Source: Cenarchaeum sp.
Lineage (GTDB): Archaea; Thermoproteota; Nitrososphaeria; Nitrososphaerales; Nitrosopumilaceae
Reading direction: 5' to 3'
NCBI GenBank assembly: GCA_963693095.2
Contig: OY843768.1
Location: 864,001 to 928,000 of the forward strand
Length of the DNA: 64,000 bases
The position numbers were made by a program, and so were the translations under genes. This document shows positions 60,332 through 64,000 of the stretch, piece by piece (the first letter of the stretch is position 1; each line of letters starts with the position of its first letter). Under the pieces are notes generated by a model. The model did no database searches and was not told the origin of the DNA. It worked only from the letters and a program-made list of their open reading frames with translations.

Positions 60332-62032
60332 TTACGCCATCGGCCGAGTCACCGCGCCGTTGGCAGCCGAGCCGACAAGTGAGGCATACTTTGCGAGGGC
60401 ACCACGCACATAGTTTGGCCCCGGTGGCCTCCATGACCTGCGCCGCTCGTCAAGCTCGGCTGCCGGAACGTTGAGCTCAATTGTTCCCCCAGTGATGCTG
60501 ATCGATATTTCGTCACCGTCGCGAACCAGCGCAATGTTTCCCCCGACAAAGGCCTCCGGAGCCGCATGGCCAACCATAAATCCGCGTGTCGCACCAGAGA
60601 ACCTCCCGTCAGTCACCATTGCGACGCGCTCGCCGAGTCCCTGGCCGGCAAGGGCCGCAGTCACGGCGAGCATCTCGCGCATTCCTGGACCGCCACGCGG
60701 ACCCTCATACCTGATGACCACAACGTCACCGGCGACAATCTCGTTTCTCGAGACGGCCTCAAAGGCGTCCTCCTCGCGATCAAACGTGCGTGCGCGGCCG
60801 GTAAACTCGGAGATCTTTACGCCAGACGTCTTTACGACTGCCCCTTCGGGCGCAAGCGAGCCGCGCAGGATCACAGCAGTGCCGCTGGGGTGTATCGGGG
60901 AATCCGGTGCGCTCACGACATCCTGAACCGTGTCAATTGCGACTGACTCGAGGTTCTCGCGCATCGTCTTGCCCGTGACGGTAAGGCAGTCACCGTTTAT
61001 GAGCCCGCGCGACATGAGCATCTTTAGCACGTACGGGATGCCGCCAACCTTGTCGAGATCAAGCATGACGTGGTTGCCGCCGGGCTTCATGTCCGCAATG
61101 TGCGGCGTCTTTTTGCGTATGCGCTCAAAGTCGTCATACGACACGCCCATGTCAAGCTCGGCAGAGAGCGCAAGGATGTGGAGTATGGCGTTCGTCGAGC
61201 CGCCGACGGCGTTGAGCATGGCGATCGCGTTCTCAAAGGCCTCAAACGTCATGATGTCACTTGGGCGCGTGCCTGACTCGAGGAGGCGCACGCACGCCGA
61301 GCCGGCCCTGACGCACACGGCCTCGCGCGCCTCGCCCTCGGCCGGAGGCGACGCGCTGCCCGGAAGGGCGATTCCGAGCGCCTCGGATATCGAGGCCATC
61401 GTGTTGGCAGTAAACATGCCGCCGCACGAGCCGGCGCTCGGGCATGCGTGATCCTCTATCTCCTTGAGCGACTCGGCCGAGAGCGTGCCGGCGTTGTACG
61501 CCCCGACTGCCTCGTACACGTCCTGTATCGTCAGGTTGCGCTCGTCTAGTATGCCCGGCATTATCGTGCCCCCATAGACAAAGACTGACGGTATGTCAAG
61601 GCGGGCCATCGCCATCATTGTGCCCGGAAGGCTCTTGTCGCATCCGGCGATTCCGACTAGCGCGTCATACTGGTGTGCGCGAACCATCAGCTCTATCGAG
61701 TCGGCAATGACCTCGCGGCTCACAAGCGAGGACTTCATGCCCTCATGGCCCATCGCAATCCCGTCACTCACTGCGATAGTCGAGAACTCTCGCGGTGTTG
61801 CGCCGGCCTCCGAGACGCCGCGCTTTGCGCTCTCGGCGAGTCGGCCAAGGTGGATGTTGCATGGTGTCGCCTCGTTTCCGGTATGTGACACGCCGACAAA
61901 GTGTTTTGAGATGTCTGCGTCATCGAGGCCCATGGCCTTGTACATTGCCCTGTGCGGCGCGCGCGCGGCACCCTCCACGACATTGCGGCTCGATATTCCA
62001 TGCGTTCTCGCAGCCGCCGAGGCGTCAGGCAT
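60332..62032 (-). CDS. ilvD: Dihydroxy-acid dehydratase
   Basis: [52 protein letters not shown]. Confidence 0.97.
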   Translation of the reverse strand: MPDASAAARTHGISSRNVVEGAARAPHRAMYKAMGLDDADISKHFVGVSHTGNEATPCNIHLGRLAESAKRGVSEAGATPREFSTIAVSDGIAMGHEGMKSSLVSREVIADSIELMVRAHQYDALVGIAGCDKSLPGTMMAMARLDIPSVFVYGGTIMPGILDERNLTIQDVYEAVGAYNAGTLSAESLKEIEDHACPSAGSCGGMFTANTMASISEALGIALPGSASPPAEGEAREAVCVRAGSACVRLLESGTRPSDIMTFEAFENAIAMLNAVGGSTNAILHILALSAELDMGVSYDDFERIRKKTPHIADMKPGGNHVMLDLDKVGGIPYVLKMLMSRGLINGDCLTVTGKTMRENLESVAIDTVQDVVSAPDSPIHPSGTAVILRGSLAPEGAVVKTSGVKISEFTGRARTFDREEDAFEAVSRNEIVAGDVVVIRYEGPRGGPGMREMLAVTAALAGQGLGERVAMVTDGRFSGATRGFMVGHAAPEAFVGGNIALVRDGDEISISITGGTIELNVPAAELDERRRSWRPPGPNYVRGALAKYASLVGSAANGAVTRPMA

Positions 62033-62033
62033 G

Positions 62034-62633
62034 TCAGCTCAGTATCGGCTGGTCATCAAGCCTGGCGAGCTGCTCGGCGAGCCTTTCGTCATCCTCATCA
62101 CCATAGGATATTAGCACCTTGTCGCCGTCCTCTACGACATAGTCAGTTATGCCGGGAACAGACTCGCCGTTGATGTAGAACTTTAGCGCAAAGTCCTCAT
62201 CTGTGCAGAACGTGCGCGACCGGTCAGGGAAGATATAGCACTCATCGGTGAGCTCCACGTCAAGGGTCTCAAAGAGGTAGCCCAGCGTCACATTGGCCGC
62301 ATGGCGATGTATCGTCGTGCCGTCCTGGTTCTCAAAGTGTATCCAGTTGTCCTGAACCTGGTACGACTGGCCAGAATACTCAAACCTGTCCCCATGTATG
62401 AGCGTGAGTACCGAGGCGTGCTCGTGCTCGCCACCCAGAGGACCGGCACCAGGAGGCGAGCCAGGAAGGTTGCCGCCGCTGTCGATAAACGTGATCGCAG
62501 CATACGCGACGATCGCGCCGACTGTGGCCAGGACGCCTGCGGCGATTAGCTGGTTCTTTCTCTTTGCCTTTGTGCGCTTTGCCGCAAAGGTCTCGCGCTT
62601 CTCCACGCGCTCGCGGCGTGCTTTTTTGCCCAT
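62034..62633 (-). CDS. Membrane-anchored His-motif protein conserved in AOA
   Basis: Basic N-terminus, one TM, HEHA, IHFE and IHRH motifs. Confidence 0.7.
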   Translation of the reverse strand: MGKKARRERVEKRETFAAKRTKAKRKNQLIAAGVLATVGAIVAYAAITFIDSGGNLPGSPPGAGPLGGEHEHASVLTLIHGDRFEYSGQSYQVQDNWIHFENQDGTTIHRHAANVTLGYLFETLDVELTDECYIFPDRSRTFCTDEDFALKFYINGESVPGITDYVVEDGDKVLISYGDEDDERLAEQLARLDDQPILS

Positions 62634-62987
62634 TCTGCGGCCACGGGCCAGATCGCCCTAATTAAGCTAAACGCGCGCCCTGCAGCTTGCCATGTGCGCA
62701 GAACAGGCCCAAAACGGCCATATCATGGTTTAGACCCCTCGGCCGGGTTGTCTTGTACGAAAAGTAGTGGACTAGGCAAGAATGATTGCCTGGCGCAGAT
62801 CCGGGAAGCCCCCTGAGAGCCTACTGGTCCGACAGGCTGCCGAAATACGCGTTTGAGGTGAAGGGCTCTGGAGCCGGTGAGCCATGTCGCCCATGAAGAC
62901 GGGCACGAGAAGCTCGAGGGGCGGAGGATGACAGTGAATAGGTCTGCTTTTGTGCTGAACAGGCCAGCATATGCGTGAGCGTGCGGT

Positions 62988-63938
62988 ATGTCGACGTGTA
63001 TGGGCACGGCAACGCCGGCCATAGTCGTGATCCGCACCGTCGCGCTGGGCTCCACCGAGGTCGACTTTGACGAGGCCGTCAGGTTTGGCGACTCGCCGAC
63101 GGCCGCGCAGCACGCCGAGCACTGGACCGTCATGGAGGGCTCCAATGGAAGGGCAGTCGATGGAGCCGAAGTGGTCAGGGGCGGGCTGACCGTGCGCCTC
63201 TCGCACGCGGAACTCTCGGGTGCGGCATCCATGCCCACCGTGGCGTACGCGCGGGACGCCGACGATGCGGCGCGCGTGCGGGACTGGGCGACGGCGCCCA
63301 ACCTCCTGGCCGACGCGCCAGCAGAGGCCGCCGCCGACGGCCTGCCGCCGCGCGTGACAGACCTGGCAGTGACCGTATCGCGCCCCGGTGAGGCCGACGC
63401 GCCAGCGCGCACGTACGCGCGGGCAGGGGACACGGTCACAGTCACGGCGACGCTGAGCGAGGGCGCCGGCACGACCGACCCCACGATACTCATCGGCGAG
63501 AGGAGCTTTGGCATGACGTCGCCGGGCATAGCCAGGCTGTCCTGGACGCACGCATACGCGGTGCCGGCGACGGACGCCGCGCAGGGCGAGTTTGCGTTCC
63601 TCGTCAGCGCGGCAGACGTCGGCGGTAACCCCGTGCGCGCGGCACACCCCACGTCAGGCGGCGCGTTCATCGACACCGTGCTGCCAACGTTTACGGCGCG
63701 CACGCTCGGGGACGGAGCTGTTGGGGTCACCTTCGCCGAGCCGGTGAGCGGCACTGTGGAGGCCTCCGAGTGGACAGTCATGGGGGCAGCGGCGACCGGC
63801 GTGGCCGACTCCACGGACGGCCCGTTCGGCGACTCGCTTGAGCTCGAGTCGGCCACGGCGTTTGTCCTAGAGCACAAATCCCGGACCGACACGGGCGGCA
63901 CGCCAGCAGTCGTGTACAGCCCGCGCGCCACATCCTAG
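62988..63938 (+). CDS. Ig-like repeat surface-protein fragment
   Basis: Beta-sandwich modules ending in DGLPPRV and DTVLPTF, plus V.F.E.V and AADVGGN; no signal peptide. Confidence 0.55.
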   Translation: MSTCMGTATPAIVVIRTVALGSTEVDFDEAVRFGDSPTAAQHAEHWTVMEGSNGRAVDGAEVVRGGLTVRLSHAELSGAASMPTVAYARDADDAARVRDWATAPNLLADAPAEAAADGLPPRVTDLAVTVSRPGEADAPARTYARAGDTVTVTATLSEGAGTTDPTILIGERSFGMTSPGIARLSWTHAYAVPATDAAQGEFAFLVSAADVGGNPVRAAHPTSGGAFIDTVLPTFTARTLGDGAVGVTFAEPVSGTVEASEWTVMGAAATGVADSTDGPFGDSLELESATAFVLEHKSRTDTGGTPAVVYSPRATS

Positions 63939-64000
63939 CGCGCCTGCCCAGGGTCGCGTGACCCGCCCATGATCCGCAGCCGCCATCCCCGCCGTGCGCA

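Overview
Core-genome region of a high-GC ammonia-oxidising archaeon (Nitrososphaerota/Thaumarchaeota, probably Nitrosopumilaceae, Cenarchaeum-like), inferred from gene content: rps26e, rpl40e, aEF-1a, rpo12, gins-mcm-hel308, tbp, endA, cofG/cofH and FBP aldolase/phosphatase. Most of the window is housekeeping genes (translation, replication/repair, central metabolism, F420 synthesis) plus two tRNAs: Ser-TGA, and Val-CAC carrying a non-canonical 23-nt BHB intron at 44/45. Three visibly AT-richer islands interrupt the core. (1) About 27.0-30.3 kb: a two-gene operon encoding a MORC/GHKL-type ATPase fused to an AbiEi-like C-terminal domain, overlapping an AbiEii-family nucleotidyltransferase. This is the best candidate for an undescribed defence/toxin-antitoxin system. 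(2) About 45.5-46.5 kb: an orphan Panacea/SocA/YwgA-like gene between 13-bp direct repeats. (3) About 50.2-51.4 kb: a coupled three-gene unit with a second Panacea-like antitoxin, an unknown ~95-aa protein and a frameshifted membrane protein. All calls come from motif recognition by eye; no database search was run. Start codons are best estimates.
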